Source: Mobula hypostoma
Taxonomy: Eukaryota
Reading direction: 5' to 3'
NCBI RefSeq assembly: GCF_963921235.1
Contig: NC_086097.1
Span: forward strand, 230,022,001-230,086,000
DNA: 64,000 nt
Below are positions 38,101-49,819 of this stretch, piece by piece. The stretch's first letter is position 1. Each line of letters opens with the position of its first letter. A program made the translations under genes and the position numbers. Under the pieces are notes generated by a model. The model saw only the letters and a program-made list of their open reading frames with translations. It searched no databases and was not told the origin of the DNA.

Positions 38101-39938
38101 GGGGGCATGAGAAGGCCTTGGCCAATAGGGTAAAGGAAAACCCCAAAGCATTCTTCAATTATGTGAAGAACAAAAGGATGACAGGAGTGAAGGACAGGAC
38201 TGATTAGAAATAAAGGTGGGAAGATGTGCCTGGAGGCTGTGGAAGTGAGTGAGGTCCTCAATGAATACTTCTCTTTGGTATTCATCAATGAGAGGGAACT
38301 TGATGACGGTGAGGACAATATGAGTGAGGTTGATGTTCTGGAGCATGTTGATATTAAGGGAGAGGAGGTGTTGGAGTTGTTAAAATACATTAGGACGGAT
38401 AAGTCCCCAGGGCCTGATGGAACATTCCCCAGGCTGCTCCATGAGGCGAGGGAAGAGATTGCTGAGCCTCTGGCTAGGATCTTTATGTCCTCGTTGTCCA
38501 CGGAATGGTACCGGAGGATTGGAGGGAGGCAAATGTTGTCCCCTTGTTCAAAAAAAGTAGTAGGGATAGTCTGGGTAATTATAGATCAGTGAGCCTTATG
38601 TCTGTGATGGGAAAGCTGTTGGAAAAGATTCTTCGAGATAGGATCTGTGGGAATTTAGAGGATCAGGGTCTGATCAGGGACAGTCAGCATGGTTTTGTGA
38701 AGGGCAGATCATGTCTATCAAGCCTGATAGAGTTCTTTGAGGAGGTGACCAGGCATATAGATGAGGGTAGTGCAGTGGATGTGATCTATATGGATTTTAG
38801 TAAGGCATTTGACAAGGTTCCACACGATAGGCCTATTCAGAAAGTCAGAAGACATGGGATCCTGGGAAGTTTGGCCCAGTGGATTCAGAATTGGCTTGCC
38901 TGTAGAAGGCAGAGGGTCGTGGTGGAGGGAGTACATTCAGATTGGAGGATTGTGACTAGTGGTGTCCCACAAGGATCTGTTCTGGGACCTCTACTTTTCG
39001 TGATTTTTATTAACGACCTGGATGTGGGGGTAGTAGGGTGGGTTGGAAAGTTTGCAGACGACACAAAGGTTGGTGGTGTTGTGGATAGTGTAAAGGATTG
39101 TCGAAAATTGCAGGGAGACATTGATAGGATGCAGAAGTGGGCTGAGAAGTGGCAGATGGAGTTCAACCCAGAGAAGTGTGAGGTGGTACACTTTGGAAGG
39201 ACAAACTCCAAAGCAGAGTACAAAGTAAATGGCAGGATACTTGGTAGTGTGGAGGAGCAGAGGGATCTGGGGGTACATGTCCACAGATCCCTGAAAGTTG
39301 CCTCACAGGTAGATAGGGTAGTTAAGAAAGCTTATGGGATGTTAGCTTTCATAAATTGAGGGACAGAGTTTAAGAGTCACTTGGTAATGATGCAGCTCTA
39401 TAAAACTCTGGTTAGGCCACACTTGGAGTACTGTGTCCAGTTCTGGTCGCCTCACTATAGGAAGGATGTGGAAGCATTGGAAAGGGTACAGAGGAGATCT
39501 ACCAGGATGCTACCTGGTTTAGAGAGTATGCATTATGATCAGAGATTAAGGGAGCTAGGGCTTTACTCTTTAGAGAAAGAGAATGAGAGGAGACATGATA
39601 GAGGTGTACAAGATAATTAGAGGAATAGGTAGAGTGGACAGCCAGTGCCTCTTTCCCAGGGCACCACTGCTCAGTACAAGAGGGCATGGCTTTAAGGTAA
39701 GGGGTGGGAAGTTCAAGGGGGATACTAGAGGAAGGTTTTTTTACTCATAGAGTAGTTGGTGCGTGGAATGCACTGCCTGAGTTAGTGGTGGATACAGATA
39801 CACTCGTGAAGTTTAAGAGACTACTCGACAGGTATATGGAGGAATTTAAGGTGGGGGTTATATGGGAGGCAGGGTTTAAGGGTCGGCACAACATTGTGGG
39901 CTGAATGGCCTGTATTGTGCTGTACTATTCTATGTTCT
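35182..39938 (+). mobile_element. Near-full-length CR1 (copy 'D')
   Basis: 5' UTR; ORF1 from ~35417 (ECSICSMWE, TCKRC, HLGTSD, QDGLHLN); ORF2 fragments 36368-39904 including RT ORF 38505-39359 (KFADD); TTCTATG tail. Confidence 0.93.
37009..37628 (-). mobile_element. Non-autonomous retroposon with (TAATC)n tail, inserted in CR1-D
   Basis: Short TSD AAT at 37006-37008 and 37629-37631; homologous along its length to 45064-45740. Confidence 0.8.
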
Positions 39939-40659
39939 ATCAATGGATATGGCGAGAAGGCAGGTGTATGGGGTTGAGTGGATCCGGGATCAGCCATGAT
40001 GGAATGGCAGAGCAGACTCAATGGGCTGAATGGCCTTATTCTGCTTCTATGTCTTATGGTCTAAATGTTATAAGAAGCAATGAGACCACTAAAAAAAGTC
40101 ATTTGCAGCTTTCTTGGAAAATGACTCGAGTGTGCAACACTTTTCCAATGCTTCTTTCATCTTCTGGAATTGAGTAATATCATAAGTAGCCTTTTCACAG
40201 TGTCTTTTACGGAAGTGTTTCTGCACTCCTAATGGTTTCATGACTTCGTTAGGCAGTACAGTATTATAAATAAGACAAATTGTGGGGAGGGGGTCACTGA
40301 TCTGACGAGAATGGAGTCAAACCCTACTCCAGGTATGTCACATTGTATTGACGCACTTTTTGTTGTTTCTTTTTCTTTGCAGCATTAGAATTCAAGGCTT
40401 CACCGTCTTCAGACTCAGAGATCATATCATATGTTTTATCCATCATTAACGGGGCTAAATTAAACTAAATAATTAACACAAATTGGGAATCCCTATTGGA
40501 TGTTGATGACAGCAGCGAGATGACATGGTCAGTCAGGTCTCATGCCTCAAATTAGGGTGCCGCTTACCACCCCCCCGCCCCCCCCCGAGAATCTTGAACA
40601 TCCCCTGACGACTTCTATTTCCCCAACGCGCCCCTCCCCTTAGAGCACGTAACCACCCC

Positions 40660-40945
40660 CACTGGGAATCACTGGTATAAACCCTCCCCAACAGCTCTAG
40701 CAAACTTACCCACAAGGATATTGGTTCCCCCATCGTGTTCAGGTGTAACCCATCATTTTTATACAGGTCGTACATTCAGCCGAGGAAATCCCAGTGATCC
40801 AGAAATCTGAAGTACTGCCGCTTACACCAATCCTCAGCCACACATTCATCTGCCAAAACGTCCTATTCTTACCTCTCTGGCATGAGGTACAGGCAGTAAT
40901 CCAGAGATTACTACCATGGGGATTCTGCTTTGCAGCTTTCTACCT
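40660..40945 (-). mobile_element. CR1 ORF1 esterase fragment
   Basis: ORF 40533-40775 reads DLYKNDGLHLN; resembles the ORF1 DNA of the full-length copies. Confidence 0.7.
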
Positions 40946-41424
40946 AACCCTGGCTCTCCCATACACTGGGGAAAAGCCCATCACCAGCACCTCATCTACG
41001 TCTCTCATATAATTTTAAACATTTCTTTAAATGTTCTCTCATGTTTCTAGCAATAAAGACAAAGCCTGGTCAATCTCTCCCTCTTGCTTAGGGCTTTTAG
41101 TCCTGGCAACATCCTTATAAACCTTAAACAAGAGAAAAGCAGCTGGAAATCTAAGCAACACACACAAAAAATTCAAGGGTCTCGGTCGGAAATATCGACT
41201 GTACTCTTTTCCATAGATGCTGCCTGGTCTGCTAAGTTCCTCCAGCATTTTGTGTGTGTTCCTTGCAAATCTTTTCCAGTTTAATGACATCTTTCCTAAA
41301 CAGGGTGACACAGCACCTCAAGTGCGGTCTCATGAATGATTTATACGACCAGAACATAGTGTCCCAGCTCCTGTACTCAGTGCCCTGACTGACAAAGGCC
41401 AGCATGCCAAGCAACTTTTCACCA

Positions 41425-42270
41425 GAGCAACACAGACCTGCTGCAGGATCTCAGGTTGGGCAGCATCTATGGAAATGAATTTTTGCATAGTAGGGGAATT
41501 AGGGGTTATGGGGAAAAGGCAGGCAGGTGGAGGCAAATCCACGGCCAGATCAGCCATGATCTTGTTGAATGGCGGAGCAGGCTCGATGGGCCTGCACCTA
41601 TTTCTTGCGTTCTTATGTAACGGTCAATGTTTAGGGGGCAAGACCCTTCATCAGTACTCAAAAGGAAAGGGTAAAAAGCCAGAAGGTGGTGATAGGGGGC
41701 AGGGGAGAGGAAGGGGAAGGAGCAAGAAGCTGGGAGGTAATAGGTGGAAATGATAAGGGGTTGAAGAAGGAGCAATCTGATAGGAGAAGAGAATGGACCA
41801 TGTAAGCATGGGAGGAAGGAGGGGCATCATCAGAATCAGGTTTATTATCACGGGATTGTCGTGAAATTTGTTAACTTAGCAGCAACAGTTCAATGCAATA
41901 CATAATCTAGCAGAGAAAAAATAATAATAAATGAGCATATCAATTACAGTATACGTATATAGAATAGATTACAAATCATGCAAAAGCAGAAATAATATAT
42001 TCCAGGTCTGGTGAGCAGAACTGGGACAGCACTGATATATTTGTGCAACAACAGGAGTTGATCATGACGTATGGCAGGTGAGGAAAAGAGGCAAGAGGAA
42101 GGCCAGAGTGGGAATTGAAGAAAAGGTAATGGGGAGGGAAAAAGCTTCTGGACCATTGAAGAAATCAATGTTGATGCATCAGGTGAAAGCTAACCAGGCA
42201 GAATACGAGAGGTTTCTCCTCCAACCTGAGTAGCCTCATCAAGGTAATAGAGGTGGCCATGGACCACGCT
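41425..42270 (-). mobile_element. Decayed PLE 3' region with nested CR1 tail (~41480-41618) and L2 tail (~41828-42000)
   Basis: Decayed GIY-YIG C-terminus (..DEAT..LEEKPLVFCLVS..) at 42150-42265; CTGATGA core at ~41648-41654 (minus) with GAAA mutated. Confidence 0.6.
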
Positions 42271-43627
42271 GTCTAACTGTGATGGCGCTGTCAATAAACT
42301 ATGCATTTGTACTCTATTACACTGTCTAGTGCCCGACTATTCAAGATGCAAGTCCTAAACAGGTTTGGATTTGGGATATTATTGTCACATGCACAGAGTT
42401 ATGAAGGGTTGCTTTGCATATTGTTCGTACAGATCAGACCATTACACAGTGCACCGAGGTGGATCAAATAAAAATAATAATGCAGAATAATGGGTAGCAG
42501 CTTCAGAGAAAGTACAGTGCGTGTGAACAATAAAGTTCCAAAATGCATCAACTCACACTGAAATCCATTTGCCCTCCTCTGCCAACATCCCTAACTGATG
42601 AAAATCTACGATCACCTTCTTCCCTTGCAACGCCACCTCCTAATTTTATATCAGTTGAACAATCGGAATGGTGGTGTTACTTTGTTCACCCAAAAGGACA
42701 CAGAATGTCTCCCCTGATGGCACACTTGTTCAGTGCTCTGCAACAGTAATGCTGGCAGCACAAGGCCCCAAGGACAGAAAACTGAAGGAAATAGTGTAAA
42801 AAATAATTGGCTTAATTTTGTTTGATGGTGACTAGATCTTTAAATATTGCTTTCCAAAACACTAATATGCTGCATGCTGCAGTATTCCTTTGGGAACCTT
42901 GCTCACAGACCAAGAAGCATACAAGAAAAAACCAGCTTAGACCAACCAATTTTTTTAACCACTTCTCGCAACACCTCTTTGGGTTGAAAACAGCAATGTT
43001 TACAAACATTCAAAGTCTGAAATATAACCATGAATATCTCATTTTGGATCACATTTAGAACAATAATCACTTGAATATTTTTACCTTCAGTTAAATTGAT
43101 TTTAGCTGAAAATAATCTAGTGCAATACATTCTTTCCAATTTAAAAATCTAAACTTAAAACAAATTGCCATTAAAATAGATGGTCAGACGCAGAGATCAA
43201 AATTTGTACAAGTTTGAAGAATCGAAAGTCAATTTTCCAAAGGAACCAGGACATTGTACGTCGTTTCCAATGTTCAGTGTGTTGACCTGTCTGATAAAGT
43301 AGCAAGCTTAGTGCAAGCTGCTCTTCTTTCCAGTAAACCACCTCTCTTCAGCACATGGTACACTACAAGTCCTCTGCTCTGGTGAACTCCTGTAATTTCT
43401 TCTTCCTTCACCAACTTCCCAAATCCAAACTCCTCAGTAGAATGGTGATTTTTTAAAAACGTATTGTCTCATATCTACAATTTTGCACCCTGTTTTTGTT
43501 TGATTGGAATTCCAACATGATTCAGTTTTTCTGATAAAATCAATGGTTTTTGAAATTTTACGGTATAGACTGATACCTGAAGTTTCCTTAGGGACCACAT
43601 ACCCATTTCTGGAAGTAACACATTGCA

Positions 43628-43865
43628 AAACACTGAAGGAATCAACAGGTTAGGCAGCATCAACATAGAGGAATAAACAGTCGCTGTTTTAGGCTGAGAT
43701 CTTTCATCAAAACTCAGCTCGAAACATCAACTCTTCATAGATGCTGCCTGACATGCTGAATTCCTCCAGCATTTTAGTCATAGTCATACTTTATTGATCC
43801 CAGGGGAAATTTTGCACACCTTACTCCAGATTTCCAGCATCTGTGGAATCTATTGTGTTCATGAT
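43628..43865. mobile_element. Older PLE-terminus fold-back containing a 33-bp L2-type micro-insertion
   Basis: Inverted GGCAGCATC/GATGCTGCC arms; insertion 43776-43808 flanked by ATTTT. Confidence 0.6.
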
Positions 43866-44016
43866 TTCCATTTTTTGGAAGGCTGTCAGTTGCCCAAGGG
43901 AAAACAAATACTGCAAGGGGAACCAGAAGAGAATTTAGAAAAAGTTATGCAGAAAAACCCAAATTGATAGCATGCACAGAAAGGTATCAGTGAGCTCCTT
44001 GTAGTCCGAGGAATTT

Positions 44017-44555
44017 AAAAACGTAAACACGAGGAATTCTGCAGATGCTGGAAATTCAAGCAACACACATCAAAGTTGCTGGTGAACGCAGCAGGCCAGG
44101 TAGCATCTCTGGGAAGAGGTACAGTCGACGTTTCGGGCCGAGACCCTTCGTCAGGACTAACTGAGGGAAGAGCTAGTAAGAGATTTGAAAGTGGGAGGGG
44201 GAGGGGGAGATCCAAAATGACAGGAGAAGACAGGAGGGGGAGGGATGGAGCTAAGAGCTGGACAAGTAATTGGCAAAAGGGATATGAGAGGATCATGGGA
44301 CAGGAGGCCCAGGGACAAGGAAAAGGGGGGGGGGAAGAAACCCAGAGGATGGGCAAGGTGTATAGTCAGAGGGACTGAGGGAGATAAAGGAGGGAGGGGG
44401 AGAGGGGAGAGAGGGAATGTGTGTATATAAATAAATAACGGATGGGGTACGAGGGGGAGGTGGGGCATTAGCGGAAGTTAGAGAGGTCAATGTTCATGCC
44501 ATCAGGTTGGAGGCTACCCAGACGGAATATAACTCCAACCTGAGTGTGGTTTCAC
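44017..44555 (-). mobile_element. 5'-truncated Penelope-like element: GIY-YIG endonuclease C-terminus, 3' UTR/pLTR and tail
   Basis: Minus strand ETTLRLE..IFRLGSLQPDGMNIDLSNFR* (PLE GIY-YIG end, E..LI..LG.L.P.G.N); 12-bp TSD TCCGAGGAATTT at 44005-44016 and 44556-44567. Confidence 0.88.
44122..44159 (-). ncRNA. Minimal type-I hammerhead ribozyme motif (best-preserved copy)
   Basis: TAGTC-CTGACGA-A-GGGT-CTCG-GCCC-GAAAC-GTC-GACTG: stem I TAGTC/GACTG, stem II GGGT/GCCC, palindromic ACGT stem III, GUC site. Confidence 0.75.
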
Positions 44556-45063
44556 TCCGAGGAATTTGGTTGACAAACTTCAAAATCTGAAGTTGAAACT
44601 TTATTATTTTAATGTTTTGCTAAAATGAAAATCATAAATAAATAACCTGCTCCAGCCTGTAAGATTTAATATTAAAGTTTGTCTTGTGGAGGTTAATGTT
44701 TTCATCTCTGCTAGTCTACAGAGGATACATGAATCATAAATTGCAACCCACACAACAAAGTCCCATCCAAAGGGCGGTGCATGATTGTGCAAAGGCTTAG
44801 TGGAAAAGATGGGTGGACACTGACCACAGTTATACAATTTGAGACCAAAGCTGTGTGAATTAGTCATCCACCACCATGAGCTATTAGCCGAACCCACAAA
44901 ATTATATGCAATCTATCTTAACTAAGGCTTTAAATATACAACAATCATAAAGTTCTCTTTCACTCATTAGCTTCCAATCATTTAAAAAAATAGCAATCAA
45001 CAGAAGTAACCATTTAATTCAAAAATTGAACTATTGTTATGGATTAGAACAAATCATAAGTTT

Positions 45064-45740
45064 GGCGGGAGGAGAAGATGGCAGCGCAACGCAGCTCGCA
45101 GCAGCCACTCCGGTGGTGATGTCTGTTATTTGTCAAGTTGGGCGCCGTACACAATCCTGATTTGATGGAGACAGATGTGAGAGCACAGAGGAACATCTGG
45201 TGAAACTTCTGAAATGCCTGCTTCGCTGCTGCTGCTACTGTGTGATCCAGAATCTCCGGAGAAGGCCCCGAGTCCTCAGCTTTGCTTGTTGCTCGGCGGC
45301 CGGGGCGGGCTCAAAGCGCTCAGCAGAAGATAGTGCTCGGAGAGGCTGTGTCGGAGGGGCTGGTCGAGGCTCGAAGTTTTCCGATAGACTCAGAGTCCAC
45401 TGCAGTCGGGTACTTCCAAAGGTGCTGCATCGGCAAGTTGGCGGCACTTGGAGGTTCATGGTAGGGAGAGTTCCTCCCTTCTGCCACCTGCGTGAGACGA
45501 TGAGTCTATCGGGACTTTGAGACTTTTTCTTACCGTGCCCATGGTCTGCTCTTTATCAAATTATTGTATTGCTTTGCACTGTTGTAACTATATGTTATAA
45601 TTATGTGGTTTTGTCAGTTTTAGTCTTGGTTTGTCCTGTGTTTTCTTGTGATATCAATCTGGAGAAACGTTGTATCATATTTTAATGCATGCATTTTTAA
45701 ATGACAATAAACGAGGACTGAGTGTCCTCATAATCTAATC
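45064..45740 (+). mobile_element. Non-autonomous retroposon with (TAATC)n tail
   Basis: 7-bp TSD TAAGTTT at 45057-45063 and 45741-45747; AATAAA near 45707; GC-rich 5' end with AAGATGGC. Confidence 0.82.
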
Positions 45741-46059
45741 TAAGTTTATTTAATGCTATGGGGAGTTGGGAGGAAACAGAAATCACAGGGCAAAATGTTT
45801 TATCCAATATAAAAGAATTTTAATTGGACATCCTTTGTCTACCCACCCAGCAGACCTCCTTTTCCAACAGCTCCCTTCTGGAAAATGCTACAGGGCCATT
45901 AAAACAAAAAAACTTCACACCATCTCAAAAGTTAGATTAGAGTTAATCAGGGTTGTGAGGTTGCTGGGGCAGCATGGCTCAAGAGGCCAAAAGGGCCCAC
46001 TCTCCGCTGAGCTGCGAAGTAAATAAATAGCCAAGATATCTGCTTGCCTTTGACTGACA

Positions 46060-46310
46060 AATCAGCACTAGGAAGCTGTCATTCAGGTCAAATGTTCAGC
46101 CACAGCCCTACTTGCTCACATACAAGAGATCCCATGGCACTCGTTTAAAAGCCAGGGGATTTCCCACTGATTTCTTGGTCAGTCTTTAATCCAGTATCTA
46201 ACGTTGCTAAAATGGACCAGGGCGTACTTCCTGGGAATCACTGTGCAGTTAATGGCTGTAGTCATCCTACGCCAATGTCTGTATTGTGAAAGTACTTAAT
46301 TTGCAGCATC
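46060..46310 (+). mobile_element. Ancient DeuSINE (SacSINE1/AmnSINE-like) remnant
   Basis: AGATCCCATGGCACT..AAGCCAGGGGATTTCCC..CTGTGCAGTTAATGGCTG..AAAGTACTTAATT resembles the Deu-domain consensus as recalled; not aligned computationally. Confidence 0.6.
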
Positions 46311-46354
46311 CCTTCATCACAGCATCTATGGACTCCAAGTGGAAGAGGCCGTGA

Positions 46355-47260
46355 GAGAATGTATGCGTGTGTATGCTTGTGGTGTGTGTGGGGTACGCAT
46401 GAGTGTGCATATGTGTGGTATGTAGTACGCTCATGGGTGTGGATGTGTACCTGTGGTGTGAGTGTACATATGTAGATGTGTGTGTGTGTGTGTGTGTGTG
46501 TGAATACATGCGAGTACGCAAGTACACATGTGCACGTACACACACCTATATTGTACCTGTATAAGCTTGCACGTGTGTATGCGTGTGGTGTATGTACAAG
46601 AGTGCATGCAGATACACATGAGCAAGCGTGGTGTGCGGATGTGTGCATGTGTGCACGTCTGGATGTGTACGTGCGTATGTGTATGAGTGTGGTGTACAGG
46701 TGTGGGTGTGCGAGTGGGTGTGTGGATGTGCACATATGCATTGATATGTAAGGTGCGTGGTGTCTGGACATGCGTGTGGTGTGTGTACATGTATGTGCGT
46801 TCATCCGTGCGCACTGTCATACGTGTAGTGTGTTTGTGTGTGGTGTGTGCCCGTGTACATGGTGTACACAGTATGTAGGTGTGTGTGTCTGTGTACCTGG
46901 TGTTCACAGTGTGTATATGTGTGTGGGCTGTGAACGTGTGTTTATACGTGTATGGGTTTGCGTGCATTCCTGTGTGAACCTGTATGTTTGCAAATGGGTA
47001 GGTGTACAGATGAACACGCATGTACGTGTACAGTGTGCTGATGTACTGCACATGCATATACATACATGTGGTGCATGGACGTGTATGTGTGTGCACGTGT
47101 ACAGTGTGTGGATCTGCATACATGTGTGTACACACGTGGGCATGCACACAGTGAATATATATTAGTGAGCTGTGTACGTGTTTGTGCGTGGATGGATGCA
47201 TGGGCATGCGTGCACGTGTGTGCGCATGTCTGTGTGCGTATGTACGTGTATACACATATA
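46355..47260. repeat. Degenerate (TG/CA/TA)n alternating purine-pyrimidine tract, ~0.9 kb
   Basis: Direct reading; perfect (TG)n core at ~46477-46502. Confidence 0.95.
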
Positions 47261-48094
47261 TAAAAATATCTTAGTGTAATTCGCGTTTTTTTCTTCTCAA
47301 TTACATTATACTGCTGCCGCAAAGACAACAAATTTCTCAACACGTGCCGGTGATTTTAAACTTACAGAAATATCTCAGTTAATCTTGCATTAAAAAGTTT
47401 ATATTCAATATTCAATTGTTTCGACTTAGCACTGATGTCGTGCAAAAAGGGACAGCCAGGTATCCAGAGTAACAAACAAAATGTGGAAAAGCTCTGCAGG
47501 GGTCAGGGAGCATCTGCAGATGGAGCTGAAGAAGCCACATTTCGGGCTGAGACCCTTCCAGGTATCTACACATCCTTCTGATGGCTGACACCAGTGAAAA
47601 ATTCTGGAGTAAGTTCAAAACAAAATGTTCTTTCTCTAAAATTGATTCTGAAGTATTCCTCTACCAATTAATTTGGGCATAGCAAAGGTACAATATATGC
47701 TGTGCCCCAATTGTTTATTTCCATCAAGATCAATCTTCAGTTCCAGCACTCCAGTTCCTCCCAAGAGCCAGCTAATGCAGTCTAGAAAGTGGCATTAATT
47801 CACTTTCAGTATACATCCTCAGTTATTGCACATTACTGTCCCAGTTTCAAATCCTGGTCAGTTTTAATGTTTCTTGGGATAATGAGAAGCTATAAGGCAC
47901 GTTGTTAGCAATTCTAATCTCGACGACTTGTCAGGAAGAAGAGTTGCTCTATGATTTGTGAATCACCACTAACCATAGATCATTTCCACCTCTCCGCTGT
48001 TTACCACAACTCAAACTGGAGACGACGGCTAAGAAATTATATTTACACTATAAATAAATAAACCAATTCTTCTGTTTGGGTTTCAAATATGTGT

Positions 48095-48740
48095 CAGAGT
48101 CACAGAACCCTACAGCAAAGAAATCAGCCCTTGTGCCCACCCAATCTGTGTGAACTAATATTTAGCTAGTCCACAAGACAAAGGAGCAGAAGTCGGCCAT
48201 TCGGCCCATCGAGTATACTCTGCCATTTTATCATGAGCTGAACCATTCTCCCATTTAGTCCCACACCACCGCCTTCTCACCATAACCTTTGATGTCCTGG
48301 CTACTCGGATGCCCTGGCTAGTCCTATTGACCTGTTCCTGGATCACACCCCTCCATACCCCTCCCATCACATACTTATCCAAATTTCCCTAAAATGTTGA
48401 AATCAAACTATCATTCCATTTCCGCTGGCTGCTCGTTCCAGAACTTTCAGCGCTCTGAAGTTCCTCCTCACATCCCCCTTAGACATTTCACCTTGCAATC
48501 TTAACCCAGCTCTAGTCTCACCCAACCTAGGTAGAGAAAGCCTGCTTGCATTTATCCTACCTACACCCCACATCATTTTGTATAGCTCTATCAAACCTCC
48601 CCACATTCCCCCATCCTATCAAATCTCCCCTCATGCTCCTGCACTCTAGGGAATAAAATCTTAACCTTTTCAACCTTTCCCCATAACTCAGGTCCTCAAG
48701 TCCCGGCAAGATCCTTGTAAATTTTCTCTGCACTCTCAAT
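48095..48740 (-). mobile_element. Nested CR1 3' fragments
   Basis: ORF 48557-48739 RVQRKFTRILPGLEDLSY; younger CR1 tail at ~48170-48310. Confidence 0.75.
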
Positions 48741-49819
48741 CAGGGCAGGAATGTAAAAAAACTAAATTCGGTTTCTCATATTAGGCACATGATTTAAAAG
48801 GCTCCTCGCCTTATAAAATGCACCAAATCAATCCACAATTATTTGAAACAGGAATGAATTTGATTTTCATTACGTCCCTCATGTAGTCCATACTTTATAT
48901 TCAATACAATACTTTTAAAGCTGCTGGGATATAGGAATGTAAAATATGCAGTGGCTGAATCAGCAGAACTATTTGATCGCATTGTGGTTTCAATTAAACA
49001 CATTTTCAACCTGTTTCACAGAATAGACATACGCCTGCAAGATACACAATAGATGACTTGTCTGATGCCACAGCAATGACTTAATGGTACATTCAGCAAT
49101 CACTGCTGCTCGGCATCAATCTTATCAGAAGAGGTTTTCATTTGTTACTTGCTCCTCGGGAAATTTACAGAAATTTAATAGACTGAAACTTTATGAGTAG
49201 TTTCTCAATGAACTACATATACCTCACTTTATTGTGTTCAGAAAAAAAATACACACATACATCTGTGCTCCAGTTTAAGACTCCATTTGGAGTTCAGTCC
49301 AATAGAGAAATAACTTGTCCGATGCCCCAGTAATCACACATGAAAGAAGAATGAGTATGAGAAAAAAATTATTTTAAATTGCATACATTTGATTTAAAAC
49401 AAAATCATGTAACCATCAGGAGTACTCACCCTTCACTTAAACTTCCAATCTGACAGCCTTGACACCTAGTTCAGCCTGAATGTGTGGCTTTGACCATTGT
49501 TAAAATTATCAACCATTCTATGAAAGATGCTTGTCCTGGACCACAAGGATTAATTTTGCCACCAGCAACCATGCAAGGCTGTGCCATTTGCGATCAAGAT
49601 GGTGCTAAATTAGCAAAGCAACATTAGGTATGTAGAAAATACGAGACTATATCTTCATTTTGCAGGAGCAAGTATGGGTAGCTTACTGTGAGAATATCAG
49701 GGTCAATATCGCGGCTTCTTTCCACACTAAAGAGTTGAACATTTGCAAACGCAGATTTACAATGATTCTGCCTACTATGAAGAATGGCAAATAAATATAC
49801 ACAAAAATCACAGTTGTAC

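Noticed and set aside
43285..43470. ~55-codon open frame on the minus strand (TEEFGFGKLVKEEE...) as a host exon
   Set aside because: In-frame stop directly after the only plausible acceptor, weak donor (GTCAAC), and no recognised protein
46262..47343. Long His/Thr-rich or Val/Cys-rich ORFs (up to 274 aa)
   Set aside because: Artefact of the TG/CA low-complexity tract, which rarely produces stop codons; open in several frames on both strands
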